A DNA stretch of 13,772 nucleotides from Spirochaetota bacterium (lineage in GTDB: Bacteria; Spirochaetota; UBA4802; UBA5550): positions 1 through 13,772 of the forward strand of contig JBNKTL010000070.1 in NCBI GenBank assembly GCA_050298055.1, in the 5' to 3' direction. Positions 6,703 to 13,772 of this stretch are shown here, piece after piece. A program made the translations under genes and the position numbers. Position 1 is the stretch's first letter, and the number at the start of each line of letters is the position of its first letter. The notes beneath the pieces were generated by a model. The model was not told where the DNA came from, did not search any database, and saw only the letters and a list, made by a program, of their open reading frames with translations.

Positions 6703-9700
6703 ATGTATGAAATTTTAACAGCACCAAATAACTTTTCATTGCCAACTTATATTGGTAGTGGCATTAACAATGGAGACACAATAAATCTTATTGATTATGA
6801 TGGCAATACAATATTATTATCATTTATAAATGTAAATAATGGATATAATTGGTTAGGTAATTTAAAAAATATAAAAGATAATACTTCATTAGAAGTGATA
6901 GCAGTTATGTACCGTCATGACGGGACAAATTATCAAATAATTCTCAGTAGTCATGTTCAAAATGCTGTATCGAGTAGTCCAGTATCAGATTCAGATTTAA
7001 GTAATATTCCATTATTGATCGATCAAGATGGTGCTTGGTCAGATAATTATTTACAAGGTATTTTAACAGACCCTGATAGTGCAGGTTATTCAGGAACGTT
7101 TTCAAATTACGATATGTGGTCATATGTCATTTCAAGTGATTACATAATCACAGATAAATGGCATACACAGTGTTCATCCAATAGCGACCCCATCTCCTTC
7201 CTCCAGCTGGGCCAGTACAAGGCCATCCTTGAGGTCGCTGATTATACCGTGGGAGATACCCTGGACATCTCTCTCAATGCCGATATGATCGTTCCAAATT
7301 TAACAGGCACTAACAGCATCATTATCAACGGGGCGGGGAACGTCACCGTGACCCTGGACGACCCCCGGGTCCAGTCCATCATTCCCGCCGGGGGGACAAT
7401 TACATCACTTTCCGCTATCGTCATTACATTTAGTGAACATGTTCCCAACGCGGGTAATTCCGGCTACTATTCAATGACGTTAACCGGTGTTTCCGTGACC
7501 CCCTCATACCAGAACCGGTCAACCCTGGACACCACTCTCACCGGCAATACGGAGGATTATCTCACCGAGAGAATCATCAACCTGTGCAATGACCCGGCCA
7601 TCCTGCGTTATACGCCTGTTGCCGGAACAGACGTCACCGGCGATCCCATAACCCGGGCTGTGTCCGTTGTCCTCTCCAAGCCCATAAGCACCCCGGCGGA
7701 GAGCGATTTTCCCGTAGGGGGCGCGGGTTTTCTGGCCCTGACCGACGCCACCGACGCCGACGGGAACGGGATCAGCGACGGGACCTTCTCCTATGACGCC
7801 ATTGAAAACAACGCGGACCTGACGCTGTACGGCGAGGTCGCTTCCGGGGCCTCTGAGGACCCTGTTACCATCACATTATCGGGGATCAGCGATACGGAAG
7901 GGACCGCGCTGACGGGACAGAACCTTATCGCCTTTACTGCCACCGGTACAGCAGTTTCCGTTCCCCACGACATCGTCATGGTCCTGGACTACTCGGGAAG
8001 CATGGGAGGTTACGCGTATATTGACATGGGTGGGTCCACTGTTTTGGAACAGAAGCTGGCAATCCTTGAAAATGCCGTTGAGGAATTTGTCAACCTGAAG
8101 ACAGAGTTCCCCGTTACCGGGGACAACGTGAGCCTGGTGAAGTTCTTTCAGAGCGATGTGCAGGCCACCGTGGACGGCATCGATGATACGAATATCGGCG
8201 GGTATCTCAACGGAATTCCCGGCGGGATGACACCCCTGGGGGGCGCCCTATACAACGCCATTCTCCGGCAGGACGATTATAACACGGCAAATCCCACGAG
8301 CAAAAAGGCCATCGTTGTCTTTACCGACGGGATACAGAACCTGGACCCCTCCATCTACACAACCTCGGGGACAGACGCCTGGGTGGGAAATTGCGGAAGC
8401 TCTCATTCATGGGGATATGTCTACTGGCAGAGCAATGTCAACCCCCCCGCGGCAAGAGAGATAAATGCCGACTACCCCGTCTTTTCCATCGGCGTGGGCA
8501 TGGTGAACAGTTCCATGTTCCAGGAGATGCTCCAGGGGATATCAAACGCCTCCGACGGGAACCTGGACGTGTCCCTGCAGGGGAACACCCATTTTTCATT
8601 TGACGATACCCAGATGTGGCCCAACACCAACAGCTCATTCCACGATTTCCTGGATACCATCTACTACGGGAACTCTCCCCAGATCATTAAAAAGGAGAAA
8701 GGCGTCTACAACACCGCCGCCCCCCTGCCGGTTGATTTTACCCTTAACCGGTCGGTAAAGAAGCTGGTGCTCAGCCTTTCATGGCTGGGGAACAAGCCCC
8801 TCCGTATTGTTCTGAAAAAAGGCGCAAATGAAATTACCGAAGCCCAGTATAACGTTATCAAGCAGGACGCCTTCGGGATGGTGTCGGTGGACTTCACCTC
8901 CCCTCCCTTTAAGGATTTGTTCCCCAATGAAGCGGACAAGGAGGGTGACTGGCAGGCCCTTATCGTCCCCCTGAACAATGTGAGCGGGGAAGTGATGTTT
9001 AACCTTGTGATATTCGGCGATGAAAAATATATCCAGCCGGTCATCGAAGAGCCGGTGATCGCCCCGGAGGACACCATCCGGCCTTCCCTGGACCCGCGGT
9101 ATACTGACCTCTCTCCCAACAACTCCTATGTGGAGATTTTCTTCACCGAAGAGGTCTACGGCAATGAAAATGGCGCCGGGGCCCTGGACCCCGGGGACTT
9201 TGTCCTTGACTTTAGCGGGAACGGGGGTAACGCAACCGGGGCCGCCATCACCGAAGTGGACCACAGCGAAGGGGCCCTCTCCGCCGTAATCGCCCTGAAT
9301 ATCACCGGGACCCCTGACGGCAAGGAAACCATCATCATATCCCCCAAGCCGGGATCAATCTTTGACGCCGCGGGGAACGCCGCCATAACGGAAGAAAATA
9401 CCGGGGACATTCTCCTCTTCGATAAACTGCCCCCGAAAATTGAATCCTCGGATCTTTCGCCGGATAATTCCGTCCTGGCCATTGAATTTTCCGAGGCCGT
9501 AGTAAGCAATCCCGACGGGACGGGAAGCCTGGAGGCCGCGGATTTTACCCTGAGCTTCAACCAGAACGGAGGTACCGCGTCAAACGCCTCTGTCAGCGGT
9601 GTGGTCCATACCGCCGGTTCCCCCTTTGTCACGGTAAATCTCACCGTTTCCGGGACCCCCGACGGGAACGAGGAGGTCCGTGTGCGCTGTAACGCCAATT

Positions 9701-11835
9701 CTGTCTATGACGCTTCGGGAAATCCCGCTTCCCCGGAGGTGAATACCGGGATAAAGAAACTTCATGACCTCACCAAACCGCTTATCTCCTCGGTGCGGCT
9801 GGCATATGACAACTCACGGCTGACCCTGGCTTTCAGCGAACCGGTCTACTCAAACAACGACGGGACCGGGGCCCTGGAGAAGTCTGACTTCGATCTTGCC
9901 TTCAGCAAAAACGGCGGAAACGCCTCAGGGGCGTCTATAAGCGGCGTGACTCATACCCCGGGGTCCGTGACAGCGGAAGTTGCCCTCACCATAACGGGGA
10001 CCCCCGACGGCCTGGAGACCCTTTCCCTGACACCCAAAGACAATTCTGTTTTTGACGGGTCGGGGAACGCCGCACTGGCGGCGGCCGCGGAAGAAGTTCA
10101 TCTCTTCGATAAGGTCCTTCCCGTGATAAAATCGTGGAGTCTTGATTCCGCCAACAGGTCCGTGGCAATTATCTTTTCCGAAGGAGTCTACAGCGGGCCC
10201 GGCGGAACCGGGGACCTTAGACCCTCCTGTTTTGAAATAAAATTTGAACAGAACGGCGGATCGGCCACAGGTGCCGTGATCTCCCGTGTGATCCATTTTG
10301 TCGGGTCAGATATGGCCGAGCTCCTCCTTAACATTACCGGTGTTCCCAATGGCAAGGAAGTCATTAAGATCGTATTGAAAGGAAATTCCGTTTATGATGT
10401 TTCGGGAAATCCCGCCGCGGAGGGTGGCTCCACTGACGAGATGAAGCTCAACGACATGAGTGTTCCGGTGATCTCCGGTTCCCGCCTGACCCCGGACAAC
10501 GAAATCCTCGTTGTCATGTTCAGCGAAGGCATCTTTGCGGAAAAAGAGAGTACGGGAGCTTTGAAAAAATCGGACTTTCAGATCAAGTTCGATAAGAACG
10601 GGGGTACGGCAACCGATGCCGGTATAGCGGGACTTGTCCATGAACCGGGGGCAAATTTCGTGGAGATAACCCTGTCCGTAACCGGCATACCTTCCGGGGA
10701 AGAGTATCTTCTTGTTTATCCCCGCAAGGATTCCGTATTTGACGCTTCCGGCAATGCCGCCGAAGAGTCAACAAATACCGGGAAGGTGTTTCTCAATAAC
10801 CAGGTTGTCCAGACCCCGGAGAGTTCCCAGACCGTCTATACGGGAGACCCGGTCTCTTTCGGTGTAAGTGTCAATGAGAAAGGTCAGCCGGGAAGCTCCA
10901 TCTATGGCGCGGAGGTTGAGATAGTCCACCCGGCGGTCCCCTTCTGGAAACTGGTTCAGAAACACAGGAAGTGGATCATCGAAAATATGGACAAGCCGGC
11001 CAAGGACCCGGTCTTTAAACCGGTAAAAGATATCGCGTCCATAATCGGGAAAAAGCAGAAGGAAGGAGAGGAACCACTGACAGACCGTATTTACGCGACA
11101 ATGATGAAAAACAAGAAGATCGCCCGGGAGCTTGCAAAAAGGAACACCATAACCATGGAGCTAAAACCGGAAAAGCAGATAATTAAACAGAGTTCACGCT
11201 GGTCAGGCCCCCTCCTGAGTGAGCGGTTAAGGATTGTTGGGAGCCTCAAAGACAAAAAGAGCCTGCTCTCGGTTAAGGACATCAGGGACCGTATTACCCT
11301 GAGCACCCGGAAATATAAGACAAGTTTTACGGGACTGTTAAAAAGGACAGAAATTCCCGGTGAGTATCTCATCACCTATAAGATCAGGGGCGCGGGCAAG
11401 GAGAGCGGCATCTATGAACGCTCCCGGACAAAATTCAAAAGCGTGACGGTCCGTCCCGACCCCAAGGCCACGGTGATCAGCGGGTCATATGACGAAAAGA
11501 ACAATACTTTTATGGTCACCATTACCCCCAAAGACCTGCTGGGAAATCTCTTTGTCCCGGGGGCAGTGCATAAGCTGACGTGTGTCCTGGACGGCCATGA
11601 GCGGATACCGGTAAAAAATATCCAGGGGGACATTGATTCCAATTTCATCATCACCATCCCCCTGAAAAAAGGTGAAGATCCGCGGAAAAAAAGGCTGCTT
11701 ATTAAATCCGAGGGGGTCGTTCTCTTTGACGATTACCTGGGGGGTATAAAACCGGCATCAAAAACGTCATCGGCCGGAAGCAAGACTCTCAAAAGTACCC
11801 GGAAGAGTGTAAAAAAGATCCCGAAAAAGAAGTAG
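6703..11835 (+). CDS. Large VWA-domain protein with five tandem Ig-like (Big_5/SbsA-like) repeats and basic C-terminus, ~1710 aa
   Basis: Start reassigned to ATG 6703 (GGAG at 6693-6696). Intact MIDAS: DIVMVLDYSGS (D at 7987), TPLGGAL, VFTDG. Five 114-117 aa repeats at 9070-10797. No N-terminal signal peptide. Confidence 0.88.
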   Translation: MYEILTAPNNFSLPTYIGSGINNGDTINLIDYDGNTILLSFINVNNGYNWLGNLKNIKDNTSLEVIAVMYRHDGTNYQIILSSHVQNAVSSSPVSDSDLSNIPLLIDQDGAWSDNYLQGILTDPDSAGYSGTFSNYDMWSYVISSDYIITDKWHTQCSSNSDPISFLQLGQYKAILEVADYTVGDTLDISLNADMIVPNLTGTNSIIINGAGNVTVTLDDPRVQSIIPAGGTITSLSAIVITFSEHVPNAGNSGYYSMTLTGVSVTPSYQNRSTLDTTLTGNTEDYLTERIINLCNDPAILRYTPVAGTDVTGDPITRAVSVVLSKPISTPAESDFPVGGAGFLALTDATDADGNGISDGTFSYDAIENNADLTLYGEVASGASEDPVTITLSGISDTEGTALTGQNLIAFTATGTAVSVPHDIVMVLDYSGSMGGYAYIDMGGSTVLEQKLAILENAVEEFVNLKTEFPVTGDNVSLVKFFQSDVQATVDGIDDTNIGGYLNGIPGGMTPLGGALYNAILRQDDYNTANPTSKKAIVVFTDGIQNLDPSIYTTSGTDAWVGNCGSSHSWGYVYWQSNVNPPAAREINADYPVFSIGVGMVNSSMFQEMLQGISNASDGNLDVSLQGNTHFSFDDTQMWPNTNSSFHDFLDTIYYGNSPQIIKKEKGVYNTAAPLPVDFTLNRSVKKLVLSLSWLGNKPLRIVLKKGANEITEAQYNVIKQDAFGMVSVDFTSPPFKDLFPNEADKEGDWQALIVPLNNVSGEVMFNLVIFGDEKYIQPVIEEPVIAPEDTIRPSLDPRYTDLSPNNSYVEIFFTEEVYGNENGAGALDPGDFVLDFSGNGGNATGAAITEVDHSEGALSAVIALNITGTPDGKETIIISPKPGSIFDAAGNAAITEENTGDILLFDKLPPKIESSDLSPDNSVLAIEFSEAVVSNPDGTGSLEAADFTLSFNQNGGTASNASVSGVVHTAGSPFVTVNLTVSGTPDGNEEVRVRCNANSVYDASGNPASPEVNTGIKKLHDLTKPLISSVRLAYDNSRLTLAFSEPVYSNNDGTGALEKSDFDLAFSKNGGNASGASISGVTHTPGSVTAEVALTITGTPDGLETLSLTPKDNSVFDGSGNAALAAAAEEVHLFDKVLPVIKSWSLDSANRSVAIIFSEGVYSGPGGTGDLRPSCFEIKFEQNGGSATGAVISRVIHFVGSDMAELLLNITGVPNGKEVIKIVLKGNSVYDVSGNPAAEGGSTDEMKLNDMSVPVISGSRLTPDNEILVVMFSEGIFAEKESTGALKKSDFQIKFDKNGGTATDAGIAGLVHEPGANFVEITLSVTGIPSGEEYLLVYPRKDSVFDASGNAAEESTNTGKVFLNNQVVQTPESSQTVYTGDPVSFGVSVNEKGQPGSSIYGAEVEIVHPAVPFWKLVQKHRKWIIENMDKPAKDPVFKPVKDIASIIGKKQKEGEEPLTDRIYATMMKNKKIARELAKRNTITMELKPEKQIIKQSSRWSGPLLSERLRIVGSLKDKKSLLSVKDIRDRITLSTRKYKTSFTGLLKRTEIPGEYLITYKIRGAGKESGIYERSRTKFKSVTVRPDPKATVISGSYDEKNNTFMVTITPKDLLGNLFVPGAVHKLTCVLDGHERIPVKNIQGDIDSNFIITIPLKKGEDPRKKRLLIKSEGVVLFDDYLGGIKPASKTSSAGSKTLKSTRKSVKKIPKKK
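9070..10797 (+). repeat. Five intragenic Ig-like domain repeats
   Basis: Units begin at 9070, 9421, 9766, 10108 and 10453. Consensus DxxxP...F(S/T)E...GxL...F...NGGxA...H..G...GxPxGxE...S(V/I)(F/Y)DxxGNxA. Confidence 0.9.
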
Positions 11836-11841
11836 GAGAAG

Positions 11842-11938
11842 AAGATCAGCCACAGAGCAGGAACCCTGAGGGGGCACAAGAGTGTTATGAATAAATAAAT
11901 ATCTTACGCCCCCTCGGGGGGATGGGGGCGAGCAGGTA
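11842..11938 (+). repeat. Solo composite: truncated family A arm (11842-11859) plus family B copy 3 (11862-11938) between convergent genes
   Basis: AAGATCAGCCACAGAG is the exact reverse complement of 3186-3201. It is followed by AACCCTGAGGGGGCACAAGAG...ATCTTACGCCCCCTCGGGGGGATGGGGGCGAGCAGGTA. Confidence 0.88.
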
Positions 11939-11942
11939 CGGT

Positions 11943-12164
11943 TTAAAAAATCCCCGCCTTTTTAAGGTCTTCTTGGGAGAGTTCGGTTATATCAATGATC
12001 TCTACAAGAGAAAAGCCTTTTTGGCGCATCTTTCTGGCAGTCTCTAACTTACCTTCTATTTTACCTTCGGTTTTCCCTTTTATTTCACCTTCTCTTATTC
12101 CTTCCAGAATACCTTCACTTTTGCCTTTTTCAATACCAAGGTTCAATATTGTCTCTGTTAACAT
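11943..12164 (-). CDS. Putative in-frame internal small protein (Rpn-S-like antitoxin), 73 aa
   Basis: AAAGGAG (12182-12176), 11 nt, then ATG (12164). Product MLTETILNLGIEKGKSEGILEGIREGEIKGKTEGKIEGKLETARKM...AGIF. Confidence 0.6.
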   Translation of the reverse strand: MLTETILNLGIEKGKSEGILEGIREGEIKGKTEGKIEGKLETARKMRQKGFSLVEIIDITELSQEDLKKAGIF

Positions 12165-12863
12165 CCCGGTTTTTTCTCCTTTATTCATTAAGTCTATTAA
12201 TTCAAGTATTTCATCATCTGTCAAATAAAAATAGTATTCAATAACATCCACATGTTTTCTTAATAGTTTAATGTCTTTCTCTAATGTACTAAAATATTTA
12301 ATATAATCAAATGCCAGAAAAACTTTTTTGCCGCTTTTCCATTTCATGGAAGAGCGTAAAGCCGCTATAAATTTATTTTTTGTGTTTCTGTAATTCTTCG
12401 CTTCTTCTGATTTCATCCTGATCAATTGATAATTGAACTTCAGAAATACTCTGTCAAGACATCTTATTTCGATTGATTTTCGGGGTTCATTTTTCCATTT
12501 GCCGGCTCTATCCGTAAAGAGCGCAACAGGCAGCTTCTCATAACCGGGAAACTGAAAATCCAGGTCTATAATATAATGGGCAAACCTGTGAATATCGAAC
12601 TTTGATTTCTCTGACCAGTGCTCCACCAGTGTGAGAACAACATTTTTCCCATTGGCGAACCTGTAGATCACCGCAATGTCACTGATAAGTTTTCTGTCCC
12701 GGTGATGGTGCTTTTTATTCTCCTGGATGTGAAAGTCCGTTGAAGCCGGTTTACCGTATCTTTGAAAGATCTCCGGTTCAAAGAACTCCAGGGCGTCTTC
12801 GGGGTAGTCCCGTATCAGCTCCTTGATCATTCCGTCTTGGGAGAGTTTTTTCTTTTTTGTCAT
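11943..12863 (-). CDS. Rpn/YhgA-like PD-(D/E)XK nuclease (putative transposase/defence toxin), 306 aa
   Basis: SQDGMIKELI..YPEDALEFF N-terminus, D...LVEHWS catalytic region and LPVALFTD. The C-terminus has EGxx repeats and ETARKMRQKGFSLVEIIDITELS. RBS AGGAG at 12876-12880. Confidence 0.85.
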   Translation of the reverse strand: MTKKKKLSQDGMIKELIRDYPEDALEFFEPEIFQRYGKPASTDFHIQENKKHHHRDRKLISDIAVIYRFANGKNVVLTLVEHWSEKSKFDIHRFAHYIIDLDFQFPGYEKLPVALFTDRAGKWKNEPRKSIEIRCLDRVFLKFNYQLIRMKSEEAKNYRNTKNKFIAALRSSMKWKSGKKVFLAFDYIKYFSTLEKDIKLLRKHVDVIEYYFYLTDDEILELIDLMNKGEKTGMLTETILNLGIEKGKSEGILEGIREGEIKGKTEGKIEGKLETARKMRQKGFSLVEIIDITELSQEDLKKAGIF

Positions 12864-12891
12864 TGAAAAATTCTGCTCCTTTGATTTGTGT

Positions 12892-12920
12892 ATATTATCA
12901 ATACGATCGGAGAGCGGGAA
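12892..12920 (-). promoter_or_regulatory. Possible extended -10 promoter for rpn
   Basis: Minus strand TTCCCG, 17 nt ending in TGA, then TAATAT, ~30 nt upstream of the ATG. Confidence 0.35.
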
Positions 12921-13133
12921 ACAGTAAAATTTTTTCAGTTTTTCAAATTTTTTTTGTCAATTTTTCCCAAATTTTCCTTTCTCTATACTGTAAAGTCTCT
13001 TTTAATAGGCTTTATTCCGTTATTATCATGAAGGGTTTATGCCCCGGAGGCAAAACCTCAATAAACTATTCCGGCAGAATCTCTTCCGCGGGACCGTCCT
13101 GCGGAAGGATACAGGGGGAGAAGGAGGAAGAAC

Positions 13134-13631
13134 ATGACAAGACTCAACGCGCTGCAAAGGATAAGGTCCCTTTTCGGGGACGGGCTGAGAAAATTCATCC
13201 CGGGAAAAAGTCCCGGCGGGGCACCGGCAGAGAGGAACCCCCTCTCAAGGAGGGAATTCGTAAAGTACGGCACGGGACTCACCGTTGCCCTCTTTCCGCT
13301 CCTGAACTGCGGGAGCGCCTTCAAGGACGATCCCGGCGGTTCCGGTGACGGTAATCCCCGGATCTCATTCCAGGTGAGGTTCGACGAGTCCATGGACAGG
13401 GAGAGTGTTGAGAACGCCGTGAGCATCTCGCCGTCACCTCCCCTCACCGGGACTTTCACCTGGAGTGAAAATGATACTGTTCTCTATTACATTACAGATG
13501 TGGATAATGAGACCGAGTACACGGTGACCATTGCCGGCACGGCCAGGGACACGGCGGGGAACTTTCTTGACGGGAACGGGGACGGTTCCGGCGGTGATGG
13601 GTATTCTTTTGCGGTGAACGGGGTTGTTTAG
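13134..13631 (+). CDS. Putative Tat-exported lipoprotein with one Ig-like (Big_5/SbsA) domain, 165 aa
   Basis: RBS AAGGAGGA. SRREFVK twin-arginine motif, h-region and LLN-C. VRFDESMDRESVENAVSISP...YTVTIAGTARDTAGNFLDGNGDG is an Ig-like motif. Confidence 0.8.
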   Translation: MTRLNALQRIRSLFGDGLRKFIPGKSPGGAPAERNPLSRREFVKYGTGLTVALFPLLNCGSAFKDDPGGSGDGNPRISFQVRFDESMDRESVENAVSISPSPPLTGTFTWSENDTVLYYITDVDNETEYTVTIAGTARDTAGNFLDGNGDGSGGDGYSFAVNGVV

Positions 13632-13695
13632 GACCCCCTAACCCCCTGAGGGGGCATAAGAGTCCTGGAACAGAATCTTACGCCCCCTCGGGGGG
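13632..13695 (+). repeat. Family B copy 4 (solo), truncated by IS insertion
   Basis: GACCCCCTAACCCCCTGAGGGGGCATAAGAGTCCTGGAACAGAATCTTACGCCCCCTCGGGGGG. The expected ATGGGGGG tail is replaced by TGT... Confidence 0.9.
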
Positions 13696-13772
13696 TGTAT
13701 AGACCGGAAACATAGGTTACACATGTTCGGAGACATGGGTTACACTTTCATTATCCTTAAATCGATCCTTTT
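13696..13772 (-). mobile_element. Right end of an IS481-family insertion sequence (partial)
   Basis: Terminal 5'-TGT. Two 18-bp subterminal repeats, CGGAAACATAGGTTACAC (13705-13722) and CGGAGACATGGGTTACAC (13728-13745), match at 16/18 with a 23-bp period. Confidence 0.75.
13740..13772 (-). CDS. C-terminal 10 aa of a probable IS481-family transposase
   Basis: The minus frame reads KRIDLRIMKV*, with the stop inside the inner subterminal repeat, as is common in this family. Too short to be decisive. Confidence 0.5.
   Translation of the reverse strand, partial: KRIDLRIMKV

Noticed and set aside
9070..10797. Diversity-generating retroelement or recent DNA duplication
   Set aside because: The repeats are diverged at all bases rather than at adenines specifically, and no reverse transcriptase is present.
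6102..11657. Numerous short alternative-frame or antisense ORFs inside the beta-helix and VWA genes
   Set aside because: Expected shadow ORFs of long coding sequence, with no RBS or domain evidence.
11995..13459. ORFs 11995-12228, 12857-13348 and 13058-13459
   Set aside because: They overlap rpn or the Tat lipoprotein gene and have low-complexity, non-protein-like composition.

Overview
This 13.8-kb window is probably from a spirochaete-like bacterium (inferred from spirochaete-style lipoboxes and a CsgG/DUF5683-type protein). An insertion sequence is cut off at each edge, and the ORF track misses both: the N-terminus of an IS110-family recombinase with a long upstream hairpin (1-~171, minus) and the right end of an IS481-family element (13696-13772, minus). 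Between them are surface/secreted protein genes: a clan GH-A-like lipoprotein, a CsgG-like protein, an Ig/beta-helix lipoprotein, a 1710-aa VWA protein with five Ig-like repeats, and a Tat lipoprotein. Three small nuclease-fold genes are interspersed (GxxExxY, DUF559, Rpn). The most striking pattern is that the GxxExxY and DUF559 genes are each bracketed by their own repeat family, and both families also occur as gene-less solo copies behind other genes. They stack with a third heptamer repeat family, and one copy is interrupted by the IS481. This resembles a REP/RAYT-like dispersal system built on non-HUH nucleases (inference). Also seen: an in-frame internal start for an Rpn-S antitoxin, a LytTR-like 21-bp-period operator before a strong sigma70 promoter, and an AT-rich block spanning a gene boundary.
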